From positions 8,032 through 46,017 of the forward strand of contig JALOBQ010000001.1 in the NCBI GenBank assembly GCA_023228185.1: a stretch of 37,986 bases of DNA, written 5' to 3'. This document shows, piece by piece, positions 27,382 to 35,492 of this stretch. Position 1 is the first letter of the stretch; each line of letters starts with the position of its first letter. A model generated the notes under the pieces. That model saw nothing but the letters and a program-made list of their open reading frames with translations, did no database searches and was not told where the DNA came from. This stretch comes from Candidatus Omnitrophota bacterium. Its GTDB lineage: Bacteria > Omnitrophota > Gorgyraeia > Gygaellales > Profunditerraquicolaceae. Made by a program: the position numbers and the translations under genes.

Positions 27382-29292
27382 TTACTTTTCCTCCTTAAAC
27401 TCTGCGTCAATCACATCATCAGGCTTCTTATCTTCCTGCTTAGGCTGATCAGTTCCATCGCTTTCAGGAGCTGCCTGGGCGCTTGCCTGTTGTTGCTGCT
27501 TGGCAGCAGCCTGCTTATAAATTTCTTCGGCAAGTTTGTGCGAAACCTTGGTCAACTCTTCAGTGCCCTTCTTAACCCGGTCGACATTTTTATCTTTGAT
27601 CGCGCTTTTTAGATCATTGATCTTTGCTTCAATATCGCCGCGTTCAGCTGAACTTACCTTATCGCCATAATCTTTAAGCGATTTTTCCGTCGCGTAGATC
27701 AGGTTATCCGCCTGATTAATTGTTTCCACTTCCTCTTTTTTCTTGGTGTCATCAGCGGCGAATTTCTCAGCGTCACGCACCATTTTTTCAATCTCTTCTT
27801 TGGAAAGTTTTCTCGGTGCGGTTATCTTGATCGATTGCTCTTTGCCTGTTCCTAAATCCTTGGCGGAAACATGCACGATGCCGTTGGCGTCAATATCAAA
27901 AGCCACCTCAACTTGCGGCACGCCGCGCGGAGCAGCTGGAATACCGACTAAATCGAACCTGCCTAACTCAACATTACCTTCAGCGTCAGCGATCGCGCGC
28001 TCACCCTGAATAACGCGGATCGTTACCGCGGTCTGATTATCGGCGGCGGTTGAAAAGATCTGGGATTTCCGCGTCGGGATAGTGGTATTTCTTTCGATCA
28101 ATTTGGTATTCACTCCGCCTAAAGTCTCAATACCTAATGATAAAGGCGTAACGTCAAGCAATAACACATCCTTAACTTCACCTTTAATGATCGCCGCTTG
28201 AACTGCCGCGCCCAAAGCAACGCACTCCATTGGGTCAACTCCGCGCTCAATTTTCTGGCCTGTGCAATCTTCCACGAATTTCTGCACAATAGGCATACGC
28301 GTTGGGCCGCCGACCATAATAATTTTGTCTATACCCTTATCGTCAAAATTCACGCCTTCTTTCTCAAAAGCGGCTTTAGCATCTTTTAAAGCATGCTCCA
28401 ACGGGCCACGGCAACGTTCGATAATCGAACCGACTAATTCTTCAAGCTTCGCGCGATTAATCGGCATCGTCAAATGTTTCGGGCCCGAAGCATCAGCTGT
28501 GATAAAAGGAAGGTTGATATCCGTAGTCAAGGTGCTGGAAAGCTCAACTTTTGCTTTTTCAGCAGCCTCACGTAAACGTTGCATCGCCATTTTATCGTTC
28601 TTTAAATCAATTCCTGTATCGCGCTTAAACTCCTTGGCAATATAATCAATCAGCACATTATCCATATCCGTGCCGCCAAGCTGGGTATCGCCGCTTGTCG
28701 CCATAACTTTAAAACCACCCTCTTTCCACATTTCCATAATTGTAACGTCAAGCGTGCCGCCGCCTAAATCAAAAACAAGAATTTTAAGCTCTTTGCCGGC
28801 TTTTTCCAGACCATAAGCCAGGCAAGCTGCCGTCGGCTCATTAATAATCCTTAAGACTTTCAAACCGGCGATTTCACCGGCATCTTTAGTTGCCTGCCTT
28901 TGATTATCGTCAAAATAAGCAGGGCAGGTAATTACAACTTCTTCAACTGTATCACCCAAATAGTTCTCAGCGTCCTGTTTCACTTTCTGCAAAATAAACG
29001 CCGAAATCTGTTGAGGCGTGTATTCTTTACCATAAGCTTTGAATTTAAAATCCGTGCCCATCTTTCTTTTTGCCGCCTGAATTGTCCCTTCAGCGTTAAT
29101 CGCTGCCTGGCGCCTTGCCGGCTCACCGACTAAACGCTGGCCATCCTTTGTGAAAGCAACGTATGAAGGAAACGCTTTTCCTGAAGCAACGCCCGCGCCT
29201 TCAGCACTTGGGATAATCACCGGCCTACCACCTTCCATTGCCGCAGCAGCAGAATTTGATGTACCTAAATCAATTCCAATAATTTTAGCCAT
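27382..29292 (-). CDS. dnaK: Chaperone DnaK (Hsp70)
   Basis: [19 protein letters not shown], acidic C-terminus. I prefer ATG 29292 ([10 protein letters not shown]), which sits 7 nt after AGGAGG. The ORF-track ATG at 29307 abuts that Shine-Dalgarno directly (AUGAGGAGG), leaving it no RBS of its own. Confidence 0.95.
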   Translation of the reverse strand: MAKIIGIDLGTSNSAAAAMEGGRPVIIPSAEGAGVASGKAFPSYVAFTKDGQRLVGEPARRQAAINAEGTIQAAKRKMGTDFKFKAYGKEYTPQQISAFILQKVKQDAENYLGDTVEEVVITCPAYFDDNQRQATKDAGEIAGLKVLRIINEPTAACLAYGLEKAGKELKILVFDLGGGTLDVTIMEMWKEGGFKVMATSGDTQLGGTDMDNVLIDYIAKEFKRDTGIDLKNDKMAMQRLREAAEKAKVELSSTLTTDINLPFITADASGPKHLTMPINRAKLEELVGSIIERCRGPLEHALKDAKAAFEKEGVNFDDKGIDKIIMVGGPTRMPIVQKFVEDCTGQKIERGVDPMECVALGAAVQAAIIKGEVKDVLLLDVTPLSLGIETLGGVNTKLIERNTTIPTRKSQIFSTAADNQTAVTIRVIQGERAIADAEGNVELGRFDLVGIPAAPRGVPQVEVAFDIDANGIVHVSAKDLGTGKEQSIKITAPRKLSKEEIEKMVRDAEKFAADDTKKKEEVETINQADNLIYATEKSLKDYGDKVSSAERGDIEAKINDLKSAIKDKNVDRVKKGTEELTKVSHKLAEEIYKQAAAKQQQQASAQAAPESDGTDQPKQEDKKPDDVIDAEFKEEK

Positions 29293-29368
29293 CGCTAACC
29301 TCCTCATTTTTCCCCTGCATCCGGCGCTTGGGGAAAATTACCCCGAGCTCCACGAGGGGAAACTTAAT

Positions 29369-29938
29369 TTATGTTGTTTTTTTAGAAACTTTCACTTTCG
29401 CGGTCCTTAAAACCCGCTCATTAATTAAATACCCTTTTTGCAACACCTCTACAATCGTATGTTCCGGAAGATCTTTATCTTCAACCTGCATCAAAGCCTC
29501 ATGGAAATTCGGATCGAATATTTTTCCTTCCGCTTCCAAAGGTTTTACGCCATGCTCCTTAAGCATTTCATATAAATGCGCCAGGATCATTTCTACGCCT
29601 TTAAGAAAAGCTTCAAAATCCTGCTTTGTTGATTCTGCCAGGTTAACTGTCCGCTCAAGGTCATCTAAAACATTTAAAAGGTCTAAAACCAGGCCCTCGT
29701 TGGCAAACTTAATAAAATCCTGTTTTTCTCTTTCTAAACGTTTGCGGATATTTTCCAGATCCGCCTGATTTCTCAACATCCGATCCTGCATTTCCACGCT
29801 CTTTTTTGCCTCTTGCAAAAGCGCCAGATATTCAGATTCCTTTAAGCTGACAATCTTTTCTTCTTTAACTGCGGCGCTTATCTCTTCCTTTTCAGCCCCA
29901 TGCTTATGATTATTTTTATCGTTTTTGATCTCTTCCAT
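29369..29938 (-). CDS. grpE: Nucleotide exchange factor GrpE
   Basis: Typical GrpE coiled coil plus C-terminal beta domain (...FDPNFHEALMQVE..VVEVLQKGY..RVLRTAKVKV). The ORF-track start at 29959 is a TTG overlapping hrcA. ATG 29938 lies 11 nt after GAGGAG, so the start is uncertain between the two. Confidence 0.88.
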   Translation of the reverse strand: MEEIKNDKNNHKHGAEKEEISAAVKEEKIVSLKESEYLALLQEAKKSVEMQDRMLRNQADLENIRKRLEREKQDFIKFANEGLVLDLLNVLDDLERTVNLAESTKQDFEAFLKGVEMILAHLYEMLKEHGVKPLEAEGKIFDPNFHEALMQVEDKDLPEHTIVEVLQKGYLINERVLRTAKVKVSKKTT

Positions 29939-29943
29939 AGTCT

Positions 29944-30681
29944 TTAAATCTCCTCGCAAATTTGGCTAAGGCAATCGGAGATATACTCCATCGTGGGAAT
30001 AATGTGGTTATATTGCATACGCATCGGCCCCAAAACCGCCAATCTTCCTGAAGAATGGTTTTTCATTTTGCAACTTGCGACAATCAATGAACAATTTTCC
30101 ATTTCCGGAAACCCCAGTTCGCTTCCAATGTAAACCTTGACCTTACCGGTAAAATCGCGATTAATGATCTTGAGCAATTGTTGTTTTTCTTCAACCATCT
30201 TAATTAACAATTTAATCCGGGAAACATCCTTGAATTCAGGCTGTTCCAATATATAACTAAGGCCCTTATAGAAAAATTTGTCCTGCCATTCCAGGAAAGA
30301 CGCGATACCGGCGTAATGCGTGATCTCGGAGATTACTTCAGAAGTATTCTCCAGCGCGTCATCAAATTTACCGATCTTTCTATTGCATTCTTTAATAATG
30401 CGCTCTTTTTCTTCGGTAAGAAGGTCAATCTGCTGAAAAAGGTAATCCAGGTAATACCTGTAGCCCTTATCAGTAGGCACCCTTCCTCCGGAAGTATAAG
30501 GATGTTTTAAAAAACCGGCCTCTTCCAGATCCATGAAGATATTTCTGATTGTCGCTGAGCTCAAATCAAATTCTCTGGCAATCTCATCAGAAGCAACCGG
30601 AAGCGCGTTTTTGATATAACGGTTTATCGCCGTATGCAATACCGCTTTTTTCCTTGAATTATAGTCAACTTTTCGCACCAT
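29944..30681 (-). CDS. hrcA: Heat-inducible transcription repressor HrcA (short, 245-aa form)
   Basis: N-terminal wHTH (VASDEIAREFDLSSATIRNIFMDLEEAGFLKHPYTSGGRVPTDKGYRYY) and C-terminal motifs (LEQPEF, ENCSLIVAS, LGPMRMQYNHIIP). CIRCE operators lie upstream; hrcA-grpE-dnaK-dnaJ order. Confidence 0.85.
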   Translation of the reverse strand: MVRKVDYNSRKKAVLHTAINRYIKNALPVASDEIAREFDLSSATIRNIFMDLEEAGFLKHPYTSGGRVPTDKGYRYYLDYLFQQIDLLTEEKERIIKECNRKIGKFDDALENTSEVISEITHYAGIASFLEWQDKFFYKGLSYILEQPEFKDVSRIKLLIKMVEEKQQLLKIINRDFTGKVKVYIGSELGFPEMENCSLIVASCKMKNHSSGRLAVLGPMRMQYNHIIPTMEYISDCLSQICEEI

Positions 30682-30692
30682 TTGTCATTCCT

Positions 30693-30719
30693 TTAGCGCT
30701 CTTGCTTAATCAATGCTAA
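30693..30719 (-). promoter_or_regulatory. Degenerate CIRCE-like inverted repeat between the candidate promoter and the hrcA RBS
   Basis: The mRNA strand reads TTAGCATTG-N9-GAGCGCTAA, a 15/18 match to TTAGCACTC-N9-GAGTGCTAA. It ends 12 nt before the hrcA ATG. Confidence 0.45.
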
Positions 30720-30725
30720 AAATTA

Positions 30726-30753
30726 ATATTAACATGAAAGCGTCCTTTGTCAA
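30726..30753 (-). promoter_or_regulatory. Candidate sigma70-type promoter of the hrcA operon (TTGACA-N16-TAATAT)
   Basis: Minus strand: TTGACA (30753-30748), 16-nt spacer, TAATAT (30731-30726). Lies between the two CIRCE-like elements. Confidence 0.45.
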
Positions 30754-30775
30754 TATCTTAAGTTACCTGAAATTG

Positions 30776-30802
30776 TTAGCAGTCTTAAGGCAAGAGTGCT
30801 AA
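30776..30802 (-). promoter_or_regulatory. CIRCE operator (HrcA binding site)
   Basis: The mRNA strand reads TTAGCACTC-TTGCCTTAA-GACTGCTAA, a 17/18 match to the CIRCE consensus with the canonical 9-nt spacer. Confidence 0.8.
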
Positions 30803-30829
30803 AATCTGCTTAAAAAAAATTGTCAAAGA

Positions 30830-31072
30830 TCACTTCTTAAGAATAAATTTAACGCCGTGGATATTAACATGTTTTTCCTGCATCAGGTAGTAAACATATT
30901 CCAACCTTTTAATATCCCTCAGCGAATAAAGGCGGCTTTTTTTACCCATTCTTCTTGGCCGGACAATTCCAGCCTTATCCAGCTGGCGCAATGTCCAAAT
31001 CGGTATATCTAAAAGCTTGCAGACTACGCCGATGATATAAACAGGCTCACTTGCGCTGATTTTTAAACTCAT
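30830..31072 (-). CDS. Small MerR-family (HspR-like) HTH protein, DNA-binding domain only
   Basis: 80 aa. VYIIGVVCKLLDIPIWTLRQLDKAGIVRPRR..RLYSLRDIKRLEYVYYLMQEKHVNIHGVKFIL matches the MerR/HspR HTH-wing-alpha3/4 pattern. The protein ends before the usual long dimerisation helix. Confidence 0.7.
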   Translation of the reverse strand: MSLKISASEPVYIIGVVCKLLDIPIWTLRQLDKAGIVRPRRMGKKSRLYSLRDIKRLEYVYYLMQEKHVNIHGVKFILKK

Positions 31073-31107
31073 CTTAATCGCCTATGCGCCTTTCTTATTA
31101 CAAAGAT

Positions 31108-31136
31108 AATTTAACACAAAAAAATAAATTTGTCAA
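31108..31136 (-). promoter_or_regulatory. Candidate promoter of the MerR-like gene (TTGACA-N17-TAAATT)
   Basis: Minus strand: TTGACA (31136-31131), 17-nt spacer, TAAATT (31113-31108). About 35 nt upstream of ATG 31072. Confidence 0.4.
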
Positions 31137-31163
31137 GAAAAATGATTATTTTTGTTAGATAAT

Positions 31164-32423
31164 CTAACAGATAACTTTTACCCCTTCTTCGGCAATGATC
31201 CTTTCGTAAAGAGCTTCCGGTAGGGACAATTCAACATCAATACCTTCGCTTTTATACTTTATGTTTTTAATTTTACCTTTGCGGTAAAAAAAGTTAACCA
31301 GATCCATACGCTTATGCGTAAGCAAAAGGTGCATATCGCGCATACGGCCGTTAAACGCCTTTTCCATACCGATCAACAAAACATCCAAATTCTCTTTATT
31401 CTTCGCGGAAATCGGAATTGCGTCAGGAAAATCCCGTAGCATACTCTGCATAAAATTATCTTCAGTAAAAAGATCAGTTTTATTAAGCACGGTGAGCATC
31501 GGTTTATCCTGAATGCCCAATTCTTCTAACACATCCAGCACAGCATGATTGTGCTGATCTATCTGCGGGTTGAAAGCATCAAGCACATGGATCAGTAAAT
31601 CCGCGTCCAGCGTTTCTTCCAGAGTAGCTTTAAAAGCGTCTATCAGATGATGCGGTAGTTGGTGCAGAAAACCCACAGTATCGGAAATTACCACTAACTG
31701 TCCGTTAGCTAATTTAAGGCTCTTAGAAACAGTATCCAAGGTAGTAAAAAGTTTATCGGAAGTTGTTTGATTGCCTAAAGTAAGCGCGTTTAAAAGCGTT
31801 GATTTACCCGCGGAAGTATAACCTACCAGGACAACCGAAGGTAAATTATTATCTTTTCTGCGTTTCTTCGTGTTTTGCCTGTGCAAGCTGAATTGTTTCA
31901 GATCTTCTTTTAATTTAGCGATTCTTTTGCGGATCTGCCGGCGATCGGTTTCTAACTTTTGTTCACCCGGGCCGCGCGTTCCGATACCACCGCCTAAACG
32001 CGAAAGCTCTGCTCCTTTACCGGATAATCGCGGAAGAAGATATTCCAGTTGCGCCAACTCTACCTGCATTGAACCTTCCGGGCTTTTGGCGCGGCAAGAA
32101 AAAATATCTAAGATCAGTTGGGTGCGGTCAATTATTTTTATTCCTAAAAATCGCTCTAAATTTCTTTGCTGAGTGCCGCTCAAATCATGGCTAAAGATAA
32201 CCAGCTTTACTTCTTCTTCCTGAACAAAGGAATTGATCTCTTCTAATTTACCCTTGCCGATAAGGTAATTCGGCGTAGGCTTATCGCGGACAACGATGAT
32301 ATTCTGGACGACCGAAGCGCCGGCGGAAAACGCCAATTCTTCCATCTCCGAGGCAAGATCGGCAATTGGCCAATCGGAATTTTCATTTCTTAACTGCACG
32401 CTGACAAGTATTGTCTTTTCCAT
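31164..32423 (-). CDS. hflX: GTPase HflX
   Basis: 419 aa. HflX N-domain, G1 GYTSAGKST, G3 DTVGF, G4 NKTD. Confidence 0.9.
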   Translation of the reverse strand: MEKTILVSVQLRNENSDWPIADLASEMEELAFSAGASVVQNIIVVRDKPTPNYLIGKGKLEEINSFVQEEEVKLVIFSHDLSGTQQRNLERFLGIKIIDRTQLILDIFSCRAKSPEGSMQVELAQLEYLLPRLSGKGAELSRLGGGIGTRGPGEQKLETDRRQIRKRIAKLKEDLKQFSLHRQNTKKRRKDNNLPSVVLVGYTSAGKSTLLNALTLGNQTTSDKLFTTLDTVSKSLKLANGQLVVISDTVGFLHQLPHHLIDAFKATLEETLDADLLIHVLDAFNPQIDQHNHAVLDVLEELGIQDKPMLTVLNKTDLFTEDNFMQSMLRDFPDAIPISAKNKENLDVLLIGMEKAFNGRMRDMHLLLTHKRMDLVNFFYRKGKIKNIKYKSEGIDVELSLPEALYERIIAEEGVKVIC

Positions 32424-32440
32424 AAATTATGATCTTTTTC

Positions 32441-33361
32441 CTAATTACAAAACTTATAAATTTTTTTGGCTACTGCCTGGGGAGTTTCAGCGCCCTGAAG
32501 ATTGATCCACTTCACGCGCTTATCTTTTCTAAACCAGGTAAGCTGCCTTTTAGCGTAATGCCGGCTGTTACGTTTAATCAGGCGTTTTGCTTCCTGCAAA
32601 TCATACTTACCCCGCAGATATTCTTTTATCTCCGGTAAACCTAACGCGTAACAAGCGGTCTTGCTTAAACGCGATCTTAAAAGCCGTCTTGCCTCTTTTT
32701 CTAAACCTCGCTCAAACATCAATTCTACCCGCTGGTCAACCCTCTGATAAAGCCGTGGCCTACTTAAATTAAGCGCGAAAATCTTTACCCGGTAATCAGG
32801 CCCTAACCCCTGCCGTTGTTTTTGTAAATAAGAAATCGGTTTACCGGTTTTTAAAAATACTTCCAGGCTGCGGATTATCCTGCGGCAATCATTGGCGTGG
32901 ATCTTAGAAGCCGAAAGCGGATCAACTTTTAATAATTTTTTATAGAGGCAACGGGCGCCCTTTAATTTCGCTTCTTTTTCCAACTTACGGCGTAACTGCA
33001 TATCCGCCGGCGCGCCCGTAAACAATCCGTCGATAATCGCCGACATATAAAGCCCGCTCCCACCGACAAATAAAGGAATTTTTCCTTTTTGATATATTTT
33101 CTGCGCTGCTTCTAAAGCGTCCTTGCGAAAACTTGCGGCGTTATAATTTTTGCAGGGTTTTAAAAAACCGAAAAGATGATGCCTAACGCGGCCGGTTAAT
33201 TCTTTATCAGGTGCTGAGGTAAGAATATCCATCCCGCAATAAACCTGCATCGAATCGCAACAGATTATCTCGGCATTTATTTTTTTTGCTAAAGCAACCG
33301 CCGCAGCGCTTTTACCGGAAGCCGTAGGCCCAACTAAAAAAAGTAAATCTTTTTTAAGCAT
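32441..33361 (-). CDS. miaA: tRNA dimethylallyltransferase MiaA
   Basis: 306 aa. P-loop GPTASGKS, DSMQVY, and the typical MiaA C-terminal YAKRQLTWF. Confidence 0.92.
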   Translation of the reverse strand: MLKKDLLFLVGPTASGKSAAAVALAKKINAEIICCDSMQVYCGMDILTSAPDKELTGRVRHHLFGFLKPCKNYNAASFRKDALEAAQKIYQKGKIPLFVGGSGLYMSAIIDGLFTGAPADMQLRRKLEKEAKLKGARCLYKKLLKVDPLSASKIHANDCRRIIRSLEVFLKTGKPISYLQKQRQGLGPDYRVKIFALNLSRPRLYQRVDQRVELMFERGLEKEARRLLRSRLSKTACYALGLPEIKEYLRGKYDLQEAKRLIKRNSRHYAKRQLTWFRKDKRVKWINLQGAETPQAVAKKIYKFCN

Positions 33362-33367
33362 TTATTT

Positions 33368-34165
33368 TTAAGGAAATACTTTACTGGGGAACCCGTCGCG
33401 GGAAAGTTTTTTCTGCAGTAAAAGCGCCTCTTTCAAATTATTAAATTTTCCCACTCTCACCCGGCAGCCTTCAGAAACACAAAGCGTGTATGCCGGATAA
33501 CCTCTAGAGATGAGCTGCCTTTTGAATTTATCCGCGTTAACGGTATTGGAAAAATAACCTACTTGCACGCTATAGATAACTTCTCCGGTTTTATAGCCGG
33601 AGAAATAGCTATTTTCCCGGGATTTTAAATCTCGACTAACGAAAAATGAATCGTTCGCGCTTAGCTCCAGGTTAAGCGGGTATTCACGCTTTAATTTCGC
33701 TAAATAAACGTCAGCTTCATCGCTATTGCCGCTACCCCTGGCGATTTTACTCAACCTATAAAGTATGGCAGCTTTAAATTTAGCCCCAGAATTACTTTCT
33801 AAAACAGATTGATACATCTTTTTAGCGATATCCACTTCACCATTAATCAGAAAAGCATCAGCTAAACCGATTTTTGCTTCCTCTATCTGGGCATTCTTAT
33901 CGGATAAACGCAGAAACTCCTGAAAATATTTTTTTGCTTCTTCAGGCCGGTTGATTTTAAGGCAGCTGAACGCGATCAGCTTGTATAAATCACGCTGGTT
34001 TGAGCCGGGAGAATTCCGCAGGTAAGCTTCCCCTTCTAGGGCGACATCGCGAAAATTACCTTGCAGGAATTTGACTTCCAAAACGTTTGGAGCAGCCGCA
34101 AAACAAGGAACCTGAAAACAAAACAGCAAAACGGTTGCGATCAAACAGGTAATTCTATTATTCAA
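33368..34165 (-). CDS. Secreted TPR-like repeat protein with C-terminal SPOR (peptidoglycan-binding) domain
   Basis: 265 aa. Signal peptide (LLFCFQVPCFAAA), TPR-like helices, and a SPOR-like C-terminus (YSVQVGYFSN..NADKF...GYPAY......RVRVGKFNNLKEA). TTG start overlaps the miaB TGA (TTGA). Confidence 0.65.
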   Translation of the reverse strand: MNNRITCLIATVLLFCFQVPCFAAAPNVLEVKFLQGNFRDVALEGEAYLRNSPGSNQRDLYKLIAFSCLKINRPEEAKKYFQEFLRLSDKNAQIEEAKIGLADAFLINGEVDIAKKMYQSVLESNSGAKFKAAILYRLSKIARGSGNSDEADVYLAKLKREYPLNLELSANDSFFVSRDLKSRENSYFSGYKTGEVIYSVQVGYFSNTVNADKFKRQLISRGYPAYTLCVSEGCRVRVGKFNNLKEALLLQKKLSRDGFPSKVFP

Positions 34166-35328
34166 CGTTTATCCTTTTTTCTTAACTTTCCGGAAATCCC
34201 CTGCTGTAATTCTAAAATCATCTTATGCCGCTGCTCTTTTTCCTGTTTACTTACAGTATCAATCATTTTGAAAGATTCTGTCAGCGAGCGCGGAGAATAT
34301 TTAAAGATAAAGGCCGCGTTAAAACCGGTATCTTTAACCAAAGCTAATGTTTCTTTGAAATCTTCAACGCTTTCTGTAGGAAACCCGACAATAATATCCG
34401 TGCTTAGCAACCCGCCTTTAACTACTTTACGATATTTAGAAACCAAATCCAAGTAAAATTTTCGATTATACCCACGATGCATCAATTTTAAAATTCTGTC
34501 TGAACCTGACTGGACAGGTAAATGCAGAGCCTTCTTCAGTTTAACTAAATCATTAATTAACTTAAAAAGCTCATTTTTCGTGTCTTTAGGATGACTGGTA
34601 AGAAAATCAAATTCACGTAACCCTTTTAAACTGTCGATTTCTTTAAGCAGTTTTAAAAAATTCAGCTCTCCATCCTGATAAGCGTTAACATTCTGGCCTA
34701 AAAGCGTGATTGAATCTGCTCCCTTATCCAGCGCGCTTTGGATTTCCCTAATAATATCTTTTTTGCGGCGATGGCGCAAAGGCCCGCGCACATAAGGCAC
34801 GATACAATATGAACAAAAATTAGAGCAACCTTCAGAGATAACCACAGAAACATGTTTATTGTCTTCATAGAAACCCGTGTGGTAGACCTCTTCCGGCCGG
34901 ATCAAGCCATCAGTTTCCCATATTTTTTTCTCAAAAAGGCTTTTAGCTGAAGGCTGACAGCTGAAAGCTGACAGTTGACTGATAATCTTTGGTATCTTTT
35001 CAATATCCTGTGGCCCAACCACAAAACTCAAATTTTCAGCCCGGCTAAAAGCGCCATCTTTATAATGTTGAGCCATACAGCCGACTAAACCGATTATTTT
35101 ACCGCTTTTATAAGCGCCAATCTGGCTCCAAACCCTGTCCTCGGCATGCTGGCGCACAGCGCAGGTATTTAAAATAATCACATCGGCTTTATCAGCATCA
35201 TCGCAAATCAGAAATCCGGCTTTCTGCAAGAGCCCGCAAATCAACTCCGAATCGCGCATATTCATTTGACAGCCGAAGGTGCGCAAGAAAACTTTTACTT
35301 TTTTAGTTTTATCAGTATTTGCTGGCAT
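34162..35328 (-). CDS. miaB: tRNA methylthiotransferase MiaB (radical SAM), lacking the C-terminal TRAM domain
   Basis: 388 aa. MTTase N-domain cysteines (FGCQMN, NTCAVR, GCMAQ), radical-SAM CSNFCSYC, LLGQNVNAY, HLPVQSGS, VGFPTES. The protein ends where TRAM normally starts. Confidence 0.85.
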   Translation of the reverse strand: MPANTDKTKKVKVFLRTFGCQMNMRDSELICGLLQKAGFLICDDADKADVIILNTCAVRQHAEDRVWSQIGAYKSGKIIGLVGCMAQHYKDGAFSRAENLSFVVGPQDIEKIPKIISQLSAFSCQPSAKSLFEKKIWETDGLIRPEEVYHTGFYEDNKHVSVVISEGCSNFCSYCIVPYVRGPLRHRRKKDIIREIQSALDKGADSITLLGQNVNAYQDGELNFLKLLKEIDSLKGLREFDFLTSHPKDTKNELFKLINDLVKLKKALHLPVQSGSDRILKLMHRGYNRKFYLDLVSKYRKVVKGGLLSTDIIVGFPTESVEDFKETLALVKDTGFNAAFIFKYSPRSLTESFKMIDTVSKQEKEQRHKMILELQQGISGKLRKKDKR

Positions 35329-35375
35329 TATTTTTTAGAGAAGAGAAAAATTGAATAATCCGCTTGATGAGGTTT

Positions 35376-35384
35376 ATTATACCA
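35376..35384 (-). promoter_or_regulatory. Extended -10 promoter element TGGTATAAT upstream of miaB
   Basis: The minus strand reads TGGTATAAT, a perfect TGnTATAAT, ~48 nt upstream of the miaB ATG. Confidence 0.4.
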
Positions 35385-35492
35385 TACTAAAGAGGCACTA
35401 ATCCAACTAAACATAAATAGGTGCTATAATAAATTTTACTGACTTCTAGGATTAGCCCCAACCAAAAAATCATTGCCTGAAATTATTATCTC

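Noticed and set aside
31154-31168. Perfect palindrome GTTAGAT-A-ATCTAAC overlapping the hflX stop, ~20 nt upstream of the MerR-like -35; considered as an HspR-type operator.
   Set aside because: A 7+1+7 palindrome is expected about twice by chance in 38 kb. It is unrelated to the HAIR consensus and lies upstream of the -35 rather than over the promoter.
32424-32440. Expected hfq between miaA and hflX, as in the proteobacterial miaA-hfq-hflX order.
   Set aside because: Only 17 nt separate the two genes, and no Hfq-like ORF exists in any frame.
11711-34976. Recurring CTGACAG / GCTGACAG motif: cvpA promoter spacer ~11713, ~20113, ~20403, 26116 (reverse), and 34957 and 34970 in miaB.
   Set aside because: About seven occurrences of the 7-mer by eye, against roughly 4-5 expected by chance on two strands of 38 kb. 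The locations mix coding and non-coding sequence, so this is not significant.
35387-35473. 28-codon hydrophobic ORF (MIFWLGLILEVSKIYYSTYLCLVGLVPL) in the acr3-miaB spacer, and the nearby GGCACTAATCC/GGATTAGCC inverted repeat.
   Set aside because: There is no convincing Shine-Dalgarno. AT-rich spacers generate such ORFs by chance. The inverted repeat is short, bulged and has a 44-nt loop.
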